Source: Spirochaetia bacterium
Lineage (GTDB): Bacteria > Spirochaetota > Spirochaetia > SZUA-6 > Bin103
Assembly (NCBI GenBank): GCA_965208575.1
Contig: CBDBOV010000004.1
Span: forward strand, 128,001 to 192,000
DNA: 64,000 bases
Reading direction: 5' to 3'
Position 1 is the first letter of the stretch. The number at the start of each line of letters is the position of its first letter. Positions 9,190 to 18,788 of this stretch are shown here, in pieces. Below the pieces are notes generated by a model. That model saw only the letters and a program-made list of their open reading frames with translations, made no database searches and was not told the DNA's origin. Position numbers and translations under genes: made by a program.

Positions 9190-10627
9190 GGGTGCGAACG
9201 CCGAAAGCGGTAGCAAATCATTGACTCTGAGGCGGAAAAAAGGTCTACCTACCCCACGACACCACACCATGGGGAGGTAGACCATGAATACGGAAGGACT
9301 TATAACGGCCGCCGAGGGCCTTGTCAAGGAGTTGCAAGGGCGCATCAACGGCGGCCGGATGGATCTCCAGGAGGCGGAAGCCAAGATCCTTGAGATGGTG
9401 AACTGGATCGGCGACGAGATGGTGCAGGAAGTGGTAGCCGGACTCGCGGAGCCGACATCCGCCAACCAGATCACGGTTGGCGGTGAGGTGGCAGTGTTCG
9501 AGCGGGTGCGTAACCTGCGGTTCATCAACCGCTTCGGCGAAGAAGTGGTGCACCCGCGGCGCTGCTACCGGTACCGGCACCGGAGCGGAGGCGTGGCGCC
9601 GCTGGATGTGAAGCTGGGGATCGACGGGTGCTTCGGATTCTCACCGCTGATGACGTACCTGATCTGCATGCTGGGCGCGGATGAGTCGTATGCCGGTGCA
9701 GCGGCAAAACTGGAGGCGATGCTCGGGTTCAAGGTGAGCTCGACGGCGGTGCAGCGCACTACCGAGAAGACGGGAGAGCGGATACCCGATACCCCCGACG
9801 ATCTAATTGATGAGCAGCGTCAGCGGCAGCCATGTTCCCTGATGGTGGTCGAGGTAGACGGAACGACGAGCCCGCAGATCACGGAGCAGGAAGGGATTAC
9901 TGGTCTTGCCAGCCTCCGGGCGCCGACCTGTTACAAGGAGTGCAACCTGATAGTCATCGAGAAGCACGATGATGGCAAGGTGATCGACCGCTGGACCGGA
10001 GGACGCTATGGACCACGCGGTGAGTTTGCCGGCTACGCCGAGCAGGCTGGACTGCGAATGGGCTTCCTGGACGCTCCACGAACGCTGTTCCTCGGTGATG
10101 GTGCACACCACAACTGGGAACTGCAGCAGACCCACTTCCCCGGCGCGATACCGATCCTGGACTACTACCACGCGGCTGAGCACCTCGCCGATTACTGCAA
10201 GCTGCTGTCTGCTACGCTACGCGATGCCGTCGAGCGCAGCTTGTCCACGATGATGTGGGAAGGCGAGGTGCTGCAGATGATCCACGAGATGAAGCGTTCA
10301 CTGTCGAAGGTCACCGATACTGACGAAGCGTGGAAGCAGATCAACTACTTCACGAACAACCAGGACCGTATGGACTATGCCCGTTACCGCGATCTCGGGT
10401 GGCCGATCGGCAGTGGCTTGGTCGAAGGGCAGTGCAAATTGGTTGTCGGTCGACGCTTCAAGGGCAACGGGATGAGATGGCGACCGCACGACAACCGCTG
10501 CGTGCTACGCACCCGTCTGGCTCTGCTCAACGGCGACCTCAAGCGCTATTTCAGTCCTCCTGACGACTGCGAGATCAAAGCGGCCTGATCGTGTCAACCC
10601 CTGTTACCGCTTTTGGCATTGGCACCC
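9190..10627 (+). mobile_element. ISKra4/ISLre2-like (prokaryotic Mutator-like) IS, element A
   Basis: IRs GGGTGCGAACGCCGAAAGCGGTAGCA / reverse complement GGGTGCCAATGCCAAAAGCGGTAACA. 8-bp TSD AATAGGTA at 9182-9189 and 10628-10635. Confidence 0.88.
9284..10588 (+). CDS. UPF0236/ISKra4-like DDE transposase
   Basis: Motifs VEVDG, LGDGA, LDYYHA, PIGSGLVEGQCK, GMRW. Confidence 0.88.
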   Translation: MNTEGLITAAEGLVKELQGRINGGRMDLQEAEAKILEMVNWIGDEMVQEVVAGLAEPTSANQITVGGEVAVFERVRNLRFINRFGEEVVHPRRCYRYRHRSGGVAPLDVKLGIDGCFGFSPLMTYLICMLGADESYAGAAAKLEAMLGFKVSSTAVQRTTEKTGERIPDTPDDLIDEQRQRQPCSLMVVEVDGTTSPQITEQEGITGLASLRAPTCYKECNLIVIEKHDDGKVIDRWTGGRYGPRGEFAGYAEQAGLRMGFLDAPRTLFLGDGAHHNWELQQTHFPGAIPILDYYHAAEHLADYCKLLSATLRDAVERSLSTMMWEGEVLQMIHEMKRSLSKVTDTDEAWKQINYFTNNQDRMDYARYRDLGWPIGSGLVEGQCKLVVGRRFKGNGMRWRPHDNRCVLRTRLALLNGDLKRYFSPPDDCEIKAA

Positions 10628-10645
10628 AATAGGTAGGTAGGCTGA

Positions 10646-12179
10646 GGGTGCATTCCGTCAGTGTGGTAGCGGTCAGGCAGCCTCAAGCTGGATCTGGTTG
10701 GATTCTGGGGTGGGCGATGAGGGCAACAGGCTCTCGAAATCGTCCCAGAAGCGACGGCTCTTCGCCGAAGCGCGGAGCTGAAGCATCTCCTTGGCTCCGT
10801 CCAGCGACCAAGTCATCCCACTCTGCTTCATGCGCTTGGCGACGACGTTCTTGCAGGCTCCCTCGACTACACCGCTGCCGATCGGCAGACCGCACGATCG
10901 ATACAGCGGGTAGTCCATGCGGTGCTGGTTGGCCGTGAAGTAGTTGATCTCGCCCTGGAGGTCGTAGCACTGCTTCTCGCTGTAGCGGCCACTGACGTGC
11001 AGTTCCTGCAGTTCCTTGATTACGGCGGCGACGCAGCCCTTGCGCAGCAGGCTGCGCCAGCGCTTGAAGGATCTCTTGAACTGCTCGCTGCCCTCGCCGT
11101 ACAACACCTTGCCGATCTTCCCCAAGTGGTCGCAGGCATGCCAGAAATCGAGGATGTGCCAGACCTTCTGCCCGGGTTCGGACAGCTGGGAGACCCGGTC
11201 CCATATCCAATGCGCTCCATCGCCCAGAATCACCAGCACCAGCGCTGCCAGGTGAGCGCTGCGCCGGCTCATTTCCACCTCGATCCGGGGAAAGAACTCA
11301 TCAGCATGCTCGATCCCGGTGACACAGGAGGTCTTGGTGCAGTGCGCTGCACCCTCCCGGTCCACCTTCACCGCTGATACCGTCGCTACCTTGGAGTCCC
11401 GAAACACGCGATCGTAACTCTTTTTCCCATCTTCAGTTACCCGCTCGTTCGCGCGTGTCGCCACCTTCCCCGCGTCGATGCCCACGACCATCGTCCCGGT
11501 GATCTCTTCGCGCACCGCCACCGGCTCGTCGGCACGCTCGACAATCTCCCGCTGGCGTTGCTCCGCCAACCCGTCAGTAACCGCCCGCACCATCTCGAAC
11601 GCCTTGTTCATCGACACCAGCTCCCGCCCGTCAGGCCGCAACACCTCGTGGAATTGCGCCAGACCCTGCTCGTAGGACTGCTCGGCGCACCACCGCGCCA
11701 TGAAGTACTGGCACCCAGGCGTGTACCCGCCCGCGATACCCAGTTGCTCTGTCAGCGGCACCCACCCCTTGCCACCGCCACCGAGCGGCGCGTAGTAGGC
11801 GCGCACCAAGGTGATCACGCCGAACAGCCCATGCAGCGTCTTCCGCCGTCTCCCGACAAAGCGGTACCGAACCTCGCCGCGGGTTGCGCGCGCACCGACA
11901 TACCCATCACCGACTTGCTCACACCAGCGTTGCATCGCTGCACGTCCCGCAGCCACCAGGCACTTCAGCATACCGAGCTCCGCGGCGAGCAGATCCCGTG
12001 GTCCGCTGCACGGGTTCAGGTCAATCCCGCACCGGGTCTTGCAAAACCGGAGCAACTCCGTTACCAAGGTCTCACTCATTTTGGTCCCCTCCCAGAGACA
12101 GGTCGATGTTTACCACATCACCGAATCTCTGGTCTCTGGGAGGGTTCCTATTCCGCTACCACAGAGAAAGAATGCACCC
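10646..12179 (-). mobile_element. ISKra4/ISLre2-like IS, element B (1534 bp)
   Basis: IRs GGGTGCATTC...TGTGGTAGCGG at both ends. 9-bp TSD GTAGGCTGA at 10637-10645 and 12180-12188. Confidence 0.9.
10673..12079 (-). CDS. UPF0236/ISKra4-like DDE transposase
   Basis: Motifs VGIDAG, LGDGAHWIW, LDFWHA, PIGSGVVEGACK, GMTW. Confidence 0.88.
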   Translation of the reverse strand: MSETLVTELLRFCKTRCGIDLNPCSGPRDLLAAELGMLKCLVAAGRAAMQRWCEQVGDGYVGARATRGEVRYRFVGRRRKTLHGLFGVITLVRAYYAPLGGGGKGWVPLTEQLGIAGGYTPGCQYFMARWCAEQSYEQGLAQFHEVLRPDGRELVSMNKAFEMVRAVTDGLAEQRQREIVERADEPVAVREEITGTMVVGIDAGKVATRANERVTEDGKKSYDRVFRDSKVATVSAVKVDREGAAHCTKTSCVTGIEHADEFFPRIEVEMSRRSAHLAALVLVILGDGAHWIWDRVSQLSEPGQKVWHILDFWHACDHLGKIGKVLYGEGSEQFKRSFKRWRSLLRKGCVAAVIKELQELHVSGRYSEKQCYDLQGEINYFTANQHRMDYPLYRSCGLPIGSGVVEGACKNVVAKRMKQSGMTWSLDGAKEMLQLRASAKSRRFWDDFESLLPSSPTPESNQIQLEAA

Positions 12180-12188
12180 GTAGGCTGA

Positions 12189-12758
12189 GGGTGCGAACGC
12201 CGAAAGCGGTAGCAAATCATTGACTCTGGGGCAGAAAAAAGGTCTACCTACCCCACGACACCACACCATGGGGAGGTAGACCATGAATACGGAAGGACTT
12301 ATAGCGGCCGCCGAGGGCCTTGTCAAGGAGTTGCAAGGGCGCATCAACGGCGGCCGGATGGATCTCCAGGAGGCGGAAGCCAAGATCCTTGAGATGGTGA
12401 ACTGGATCGGCGACGAGATGGTGCAGGAAGTGGTTGCCGGACTCGCTGAGCCGACATCCGCCAACCAGATCACGGTTGGCGGTGAGGTGGCCAGGACCGT
12501 ATGGACTATGCCCGTTACCGCGATCTCGGGTGGCCGATCGGCAGTGGCTTGGTCGAAGGGCAGTGCAAATTGGTTGTCGGTCGGCGCTTCAAGGGCAACG
12601 GGATGAGATGGCGACCGCACGACAACCGCTGCGTGCTACGCACCCGTCTGGCTCTGCTCAACGGCGATCTCAAGCGTTACTTCAGTCCTCCTGACGACTG
12701 CCAGATCAAAGCCGCCTGATCGTGTCAACCCCTGTTGCCGCTTTTGGCATTGGCACCC
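12189..12758 (+). mobile_element. Non-autonomous, internally deleted derivative of element A (element C, 570 bp)
   Basis: Both IRs of A are retained. About 870 bp is deleted at the junction GAGGTGGC|CAGGACC (~12491). Flanks GTAGGCTGA / GTAGGCTGG. Confidence 0.9.
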
Positions 12759-13024
12759 GTAGGCTGGCACCTCAGCAATTCTCGGTGAGCGGCGGTTGAC
12801 GGCCTGAGGCGGATGTCTGGGGCGCCGGCACGGCAAGGTGGTGGCGAGAGCACGTCGGCAGAACGAACCGGGCGGCGCAAACGGGCGGATTCCGGGTAGG
12901 ACTCGGTTCAGCGAGCCGTTTCTGACGATGGATGGCACGTTTCGACCGCTGGGAGAGATGCGTTGCAAGGTTGTCGGGGCGCACCGGTCGGTGGCCGTGG
13001 CATGAATCGGGACAAGCTGGGGCA

Positions 13025-13970
13025 CTAGCGATCCTGATAGGGCGGCAACGGCTGCGGTGGCGAGTTCATGCGCACCAGCACCTGGTCCCAGGAGGTAAAC
13101 AGAAACAGCCGGAAGGCGGAGCGCACCTCGTCCCAGAACGCACGGCGGGAACTGAAGAAGGTGCGGACGCGCTGATACAGGCCGTCCACCAGTTCAAAGA
13201 TCTGGTGCATGAAGAAGGCGAGCAGGTTGAGCGTAAACAACGCCTCTGACAGGTGCTGGTGGCCGTGGCCGAAGTTGTGCTCCAGGTGATAGCCCTGGTT
13301 CTTGAGCGTGTTGAAGCCTTCGTTCTCGATCTTCCAGCGTGCCCGCGCGGCGCGCACCAGTTGCACGATGTTGTCGGCGGTGGGCACCAGGTCGGTGACC
13401 CAGGCGTTGCGAAGGTTCACCTTGCCACTGTCTGCGACGATCCGGAACTGGATGAAGTTGATGCGCGGAGCGTTGCGGCTGCCGTTCAGGGGCACATCGG
13501 TGACCCACTCGTACTCGCGGCGTTCGCCGCGGTGGTGGGTATGGTGGCGGTCCAGCAGGTTGCCGCGGCGCAGGCCGTCGATATCCTGGTAGAGGGATTT
13601 ATGGTCTCCTTCTTTGGCGACCAGCAGGAACGAGAAGCGCGCCGCGCGCAACCGCTCGACGAAGGGCTGCTTGGAGTAAAGACTGTCGGCGACGATAATT
13701 GCCGCCATGCGCGGGTAGTCGCCACGGAGCCGCTCCAGCATCCGGCAGCCGGCATTGATTTCGCAATCCTGCTTGTGGTACTTGCCGCCTCTGCCGTCAC
13801 TGTTGCGGATGAACTCGGGAGCAAGGGGGAGCACTTGGCGCTTGTCCGGGTGCACGATGGCGGCCTGCAGGATGTCATGGTGATAACTCGTGACGCCGGC
13901 TTTGGTGGTGGTCAGGCAGTGCTCGCAGTGGACCGAGTCGGAGTCGAAATAACGTGACCCATCGAGCGTG
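13025..13970 (-). pseudogene. ISNCY-like DDE transposase, N-terminally truncated
   Basis: Motifs LDGSRYF, HCEHCL, KQDCE, VADSLY, RARWKIENEGFNTLKNQGYHLEHNFGHG. Probable terminus CAGCAATTCTC at 12773. No plausible N-terminal domain. Confidence 0.78.
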
Positions 13971-14172
13971 ATATCACGCTGAAAGATTCGTGATCTGACT
14001 GGGGGCTGGGCTGGGCTCGACAGTGCGTCAGTTTGAAATCTACACCGCCTCCTGGTGCTTGCGGTGTACGGTGGTAAGTGATACGTTCGACTCACAACGC
14101 ATTGTAGCTACGCCGCCTGAGGCCCCCCTTGTTGTACGTCGGAAAGGCCAGCGACCCGCCTCGTATAGCTTG

Positions 14173-15645
14173 TCAGGTTTTGTCGGCAAACAACTCGTCT
14201 GCTTCCGGCATTGCGTGTTGCGCGTCAGGCTCTGATCCGTTCTTCGCAACCAGCGCGGCTTGCGTCTCTCGGTACTCTCTCGCCTCCGGGATAAGAGTAA
14301 ACTGGGCCGTTACACCTTTGGCACGAATAAACGACTCAACTTCGCCCAGAGACACGTTGCAGAAGTACTCCTTTCTGTAGTTCACGAGATTTACGCGACG
14401 GTCCTCAAAGTGTTCGTGTAGAGACCGCTCCAACGCAGGTGCATCCTCGGAGAACATCATCACATGCATATCAAACGGAAACGGAACCGAGGCGTCGCTA
14501 AGCTCTTTGACACGATCCATGGGCTCCATCCTCCGTGTCATACCAATCTTCACCACATCATCGCCAAAAGACCCCTTGTTCGAGAGCACATAAACGAACC
14601 CAGACCTTGTTAGCTGTGCTCGTGCTTTCACTCGTTCCCGTCGGCCGTGTGCCTCTCCTACTTTGTGCTCTAAGGAGGCGATCTGCTTTATGAGCCTTTT
14701 CAGCTGCTCTCCTGTTGCCGCGTCCGCTTCGGATCGCGCCTTAGCCAGCGCCGCTAGTTGTCGTTCTTCCTCGCGTGCTGCTTCTGCCTCGGCCTTCGCT
14801 AGTTCCCGTTCGGATCGTGCCTGCTCTCGCATTTGTGTTCGATGCTCGCGCTCTTGCTCCTTTTCCTCGTTTCTCTTGTCTTGGTACTCGTGTGTCAGCC
14901 TGATTTCGGTGAGTTTCTCCTTCAGATAGGTAGTGGAAATCGACATCTTCATGACTTCGCCCAGCTTATTGATGTCGGCATAGGATTTCTCTACGCGCCT
15001 CACCATTTTAGTTGCGTTGTTCCATCTGACCTTTGCTACGGCGGAGTCACATTCTCCATTGAATGCACGAAGCATCACCTTGGTGTACTGCCTCTCCATT
15101 CTTTTCCCGGCCGCTCGGCTTCCCTCAACGGTCCAATTTCCGGGCGTCCGTACCGCTCCACCCTTGCGGATCAGCTGCCGCTGCCGATCTCGGCAACTCT
15201 TCAGAGCAACCTTGTAGTCCTCAGACGTATCGAAAGTGAAATGCGGTCGGTATAGTCCGAAGGAGACGTCCTCCAGGTTTTCTTCAAGAAGCGCTATTTC
15301 TTCCTCTAATCGCGTGTACTTGTGTCGTGCTTTCCTGTACTGGTTCGTAAGTTCTGTCCGCTTTTGTCTTTCCTCAGCAACGATGGACTGATGGCGTTTT
15401 CGTTCCGTTAGATGATGCTTCTCCGCACGCTCAATTTCTCCTTTTATTTCTTCAGTCTGTGCGCGCAAACGCTGCTGGACGACTTCCGCCTCCGCTTCCA
15501 GGTCGATGATGGCGCTAAACCGCTTTGCGAATGACGCATGTTCCGCTCTCTCTGCTTTCAGCATCGCCAAGCACCTGAACCAAGCGACGGTCAGTCCGGC
15601 TATCCCCGCTAATGCGACGAAAACAGCGATCATCGTCTCATCCAC
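14173..15645 (-). CDS. DUF4041 plus T5orf172 (GIY-YIG-like) domain protein with N-terminal membrane anchor
   Basis: TM helix, long coiled coil, LRAFNGECD, and GFVYVLSNKGSFGDDVVKIGMTRR...ASVPFPFD...RKEYF. Visibly lower GC than the core genes. Confidence 0.88.
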   Translation of the reverse strand: MDETMIAVFVALAGIAGLTVAWFRCLAMLKAERAEHASFAKRFSAIIDLEAEAEVVQQRLRAQTEEIKGEIERAEKHHLTERKRHQSIVAEERQKRTELTNQYRKARHKYTRLEEEIALLEENLEDVSFGLYRPHFTFDTSEDYKVALKSCRDRQRQLIRKGGAVRTPGNWTVEGSRAAGKRMERQYTKVMLRAFNGECDSAVAKVRWNNATKMVRRVEKSYADINKLGEVMKMSISTTYLKEKLTEIRLTHEYQDKRNEEKEQEREHRTQMREQARSERELAKAEAEAAREEERQLAALAKARSEADAATGEQLKRLIKQIASLEHKVGEAHGRRERVKARAQLTRSGFVYVLSNKGSFGDDVVKIGMTRRMEPMDRVKELSDASVPFPFDMHVMMFSEDAPALERSLHEHFEDRRVNLVNYRKEYFCNVSLGEVESFIRAKGVTAQFTLIPEAREYRETQAALVAKNGSEPDAQHAMPEADELFADKT

Positions 15646-16055
15646 AAATCATCTCCCGCTTTCCGGTCGCAAGCCTCTTGCCTACCATCGCCGGGCGGCA
15701 CGGAACACGGCGCGGCGAGTCACCCGCGCGGCAAGGGGAAACACAGCATGCGCGCCAGTCGTCACATCGCTGCCTGGAATGAGGACTTTCTCTACTCGCT
15801 GCTCACTACTTGAGTAAATCCACTCAGTCGATTGCCCTGAGATACGCTCCCTTGATCCTCGCGTTACATACCGGAGACCCGTTATCATGTGCACAGGTAG
15901 GGACTTGCGCCAGCGATCTCTTATAGAGATACAACGGATCGCCGGGAGCGGAGGAGCGCTGCCATGCTCATAAATGATGTAAGGAACTGTACTTACAAGC
16001 GTCGACTGCCTCCGGTCCTTCGGAAGGCGGCTTAGGCGAGGATTTAGGCGCTCCG

Positions 16056-17589
16056 GGGTGCATTCTTTCTCTGTGGTAGCGGAATAGGAACCCTCCCAGA
16101 GACCAGAGATTCGGTGATGTGGTAAACATCGACCTGTCTCTGGGAGGGGACCAAAATGAGTGAGACCTTGGTAACGGAGTTGCTCCGGTTTTGCAAGACC
16201 CGGTGCGGGATTGACCTGAACCCGTGCAGCGGACCACGGGATCTGCTCGCCGCGGAGCTCGGTATGCTGAAGTGCCTGGTGGCTGCGGGACGTGCAGCGA
16301 TGCAACGCTGGTGTGAGCAAGTCGGTGATGGGTATGTCGGTGCGCGCGCAACCCGCGGCGAGGTTCGGTACCGCTTTGTCGGGAGACGGCGGAAGACGCT
16401 GCATGGGCTGTTCGGCGTGATCACCTTGGTGCGCGCCTACTACGCGCCGCTCGGTGGCGGTGGCAAGGGGTGGGTGCCGCTGACAGAGCAACTGGGTATC
16501 GCGGGCGGGTACACGCCTGGGTGCCAGTACTTCATGGCGCGGTGGTGCGCCGAGCAGTCCTACGAGCAGGGTCTGGCGCAATTCCACGAGGTGTTGCGGC
16601 CTGACGGGCGGGAGCTGGTGTCGATGAACAAGGCGTTCGAGATGGTGCGGGCGGTTACTGACGGGTTGGCGGAGCAACGCCAGCGGGAGATTGTCGAGCG
16701 TGCCGACGAGCCGGTGGCGGTGCGCGAAGAGATCACCGGGACGATGGTCGTGGGCATCGACGCGGGGAAGGTGGCGACACGCGCGAACGAGCGGGTAACT
16801 GAAGATGGGAAAAAGAGTTACGATCGCGTGTTTCGGGACTCCAAGGTAGCGACGGTATCAGCGGTGAAGGTGGACCGGGAGGGTGCAGCGCACTGCACCA
16901 AGACCTCCTGTGTCACCGGGATCGAGCATGCTGATGAGTTCTTTCCCCGGATCGAGGTGGAAATGAGCCGGCGCAGCGCTCACCTGGCAGCGCTGGTGCT
17001 GGTGATTCTGGGCGATGGAGCGCATTGGATATGGGACCGGGTCTCCCAGCTGTCCGAACCCGGGCAGAAGGTCTGGCACATCCTCGATTTCTGGCATGCC
17101 TGCGACCACTTGGGGAAGATCGGCAAGGTGTTGTACGGCGAGGGCAGCGAGCAGTTCAAGAGATCCTTCAAGCGCTGGCGCAGCCTGCTGCGCAAGGGCT
17201 GCGTCGCCGCCGTAATCAAGGAACTGCAGGAACTGCACGTCAGTGGCCGCTACAGCGAGAAGCAGTGCTACGACCTCCAGGGCGAGATCAACTACTTCAC
17301 GGCCAACCAGCACCGCATGGACTACCCGCTGTATCGATCGTGCGGTCTGCCGATCGGCAGCGGTGTAGTCGAGGGAGCCTGCAAGAACGTCGTCGCCAAG
17401 CGCATGAAGCAGAGTGGGATGACTTGGTCGCTGGACGGAGCCAAGGAGATGCTTCAGCTCCGCGCTTCGGCGAAGAGCCGTCGCTTCTGGGACGATTTCG
17501 AGAGCCTGTTGCCCTCATCGCCCACCCCAGAATCCAACCAGATCCAGCTTGAGGCTGCCTGACCGCTACCACACTGACGGAATGCACCC
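16056..17589 (+). mobile_element. ISKra4/ISLre2-like IS, element B' (copy of B, inverted)
   Basis: Same length and protein as B. Own 9-bp TSD GGCGCTCCG at 16047-16055 and 17590-17598. Confidence 0.9.
16156..17562 (+). CDS. UPF0236/ISKra4-like DDE transposase
   Basis: Protein identical to the 10673-12079 product. Confidence 0.88.
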   Translation: MSETLVTELLRFCKTRCGIDLNPCSGPRDLLAAELGMLKCLVAAGRAAMQRWCEQVGDGYVGARATRGEVRYRFVGRRRKTLHGLFGVITLVRAYYAPLGGGGKGWVPLTEQLGIAGGYTPGCQYFMARWCAEQSYEQGLAQFHEVLRPDGRELVSMNKAFEMVRAVTDGLAEQRQREIVERADEPVAVREEITGTMVVGIDAGKVATRANERVTEDGKKSYDRVFRDSKVATVSAVKVDREGAAHCTKTSCVTGIEHADEFFPRIEVEMSRRSAHLAALVLVILGDGAHWIWDRVSQLSEPGQKVWHILDFWHACDHLGKIGKVLYGEGSEQFKRSFKRWRSLLRKGCVAAVIKELQELHVSGRYSEKQCYDLQGEINYFTANQHRMDYPLYRSCGLPIGSGVVEGACKNVVAKRMKQSGMTWSLDGAKEMLQLRASAKSRRFWDDFESLLPSSPTPESNQIQLEAA

Positions 17590-17605
17590 GGCGCTCCGCC
17601 CCCGC

Positions 17606-17634
17606 TGGACCTGCTCAAACGAGGTCGATAGAAT
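17606..17634 (+). promoter_or_regulatory. Putative sigma70 promoter TGGACC-17 nt-TAGAAT, antisense to the small peptide gene
   Basis: -35-like box at 17606-17611, -10 at 17629-17634. Confidence 0.5.
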
Positions 17635-17660
17635 GGCCTGCAGGGGCCTGCTGGAACCGC

Positions 17661-17762
17661 TCAGCGTTCGTCATAACCAGTTAGGATTGGAGCCCCGGTC
17701 TCGCTCAATAGGCTGCCGAGCCAAGCCACCGCGCAGAGTACCGCCAGGAACACGACATTCAT
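17661..17762 (-). CDS. 33-aa hydrophobic peptide MNVVFLAVLCAVAWLGSLLSETGAPILTGYDER
   Basis: Translated by hand (below the ORF-track cutoff). ATGA overlap with the stop of the 17759-18397 gene; GGAGTAGGGG upstream. Confidence 0.5.
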   Translation of the reverse strand: MNVVFLAVLCAVAWLGSLLSETGAPILTGYDER

Positions 17763-18397
17763 GTAGCCCCTACTCCGAGGAATATCTTCAATCCTTCCGG
17801 GGCATCGTGAGCGTTCAGCACAAGCCACCCCGGCTCGTAGTCGTGCCGCTCACCATCAAGAACATGCCTCAGCTTCCGCTCGTCGATCAGGATGGTCTCG
17901 CCACGGTCACAGTACACAACGGCCATCAGCGACTCTGCCATCCTTGGAGGCTGGTTCATCATCACGAAGAAGTATCCACTCTTGTCTCGCACGATCACTG
18001 TTGGATCGGGCGGCCCCTCTATGCCGGCCCGGCGCAATCGTTCACGCTCTATCTGGATTCCCTCCTGCCGGCCTCGCTCCATACCTTCTTCCAGCGCTTG
18101 TTGCTTGGTCTGCCTAAGCAGCACCTTCGTGATCCCCACGATGAACCCCTCGATCGCGCCACATCCCAGGATTGCTCCCGAGACGTAGCTGTTCAGGTAC
18201 TCGACAATAGCGCCCAAGAAGTACAAGAGGCTCTCCAGGCACCATCCCTTTCCCTGCTGCACGGTGCTACCTATCGAAAGCACCAGCCCGACAATTACGA
18301 CGGTCTCGACGATCCCCAAATAGAACGGGAAGCGTCGAGCCGACACATCAAGCAACGACACCTGATCGTCACTTCTTCTACCTCGCCCCAACCCCAT
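17759..18397 (-). CDS. Hypothetical membrane protein (2-3 TM segments, EEGMERGRQEG motif)
   Basis: Hydrophobic N-terminal half. Upstream TTGACA-17-TAGGTT at 18480-18508 (minus strand). Confidence 0.6.
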   Translation of the reverse strand: MGLGRGRRSDDQVSLLDVSARRFPFYLGIVETVVIVGLVLSIGSTVQQGKGWCLESLLYFLGAIVEYLNSYVSGAILGCGAIEGFIVGITKVLLRQTKQQALEEGMERGRQEGIQIERERLRRAGIEGPPDPTVIVRDKSGYFFVMMNQPPRMAESLMAVVYCDRGETILIDERKLRHVLDGERHDYEPGWLVLNAHDAPEGLKIFLGVGAT

Positions 18398-18584
18398 TGT
18401 ACCAGAAAACCACCTGATTCGTATACCACTAACACGTCTAACCCCTGGACTAATAGAGACTTACGGAGACTATGCCTCCAACCTATCACCTTGACCATTT
18501 TCTGTCAAGCTCCCCACCGGGCTTGGTCGGACCGGAGTTGGCATGGGAGAAACACGGGTGCGAGCGTATACTGGGCGACGTAAT

Positions 18585-18785
18585 CTTTGAGGGGGGCGCG
18601 AAGTAGGCCGGCGATGCACTGGTGTAGCGCCTGCGGGCGAACCCGTTGTCAAGCTTGGTCCCGAGGCCCGTGGCGTTGTTATTGGTGAGGGTCGACTCGC
18701 GGCGCTGTCGCTGTTGATCCATCCCGATAAGGAGAATGCTCAGTTTGCTTCACGCCTCGGCCGCTCCTCTCATTCCCAGGGAGGA
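18585..18785 (+). ncRNA. Putative IS110 left non-coding end (bridge/seek RNA locus)
   Basis: About 200 nt of non-coding DNA directly upstream of the IS110 recombinase RBS, preceded by a -10-like TAATCT at 18581. Boundaries approximate. Confidence 0.45.
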
Positions 18786-18788
18786 GTC

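Noticed and set aside
10646-17589. Composite transposon or inversion bounded by inverted B and B'
   Set aside because: Each copy has its own matched 9-bp TSD, so they are independent insertions with no net inversion.
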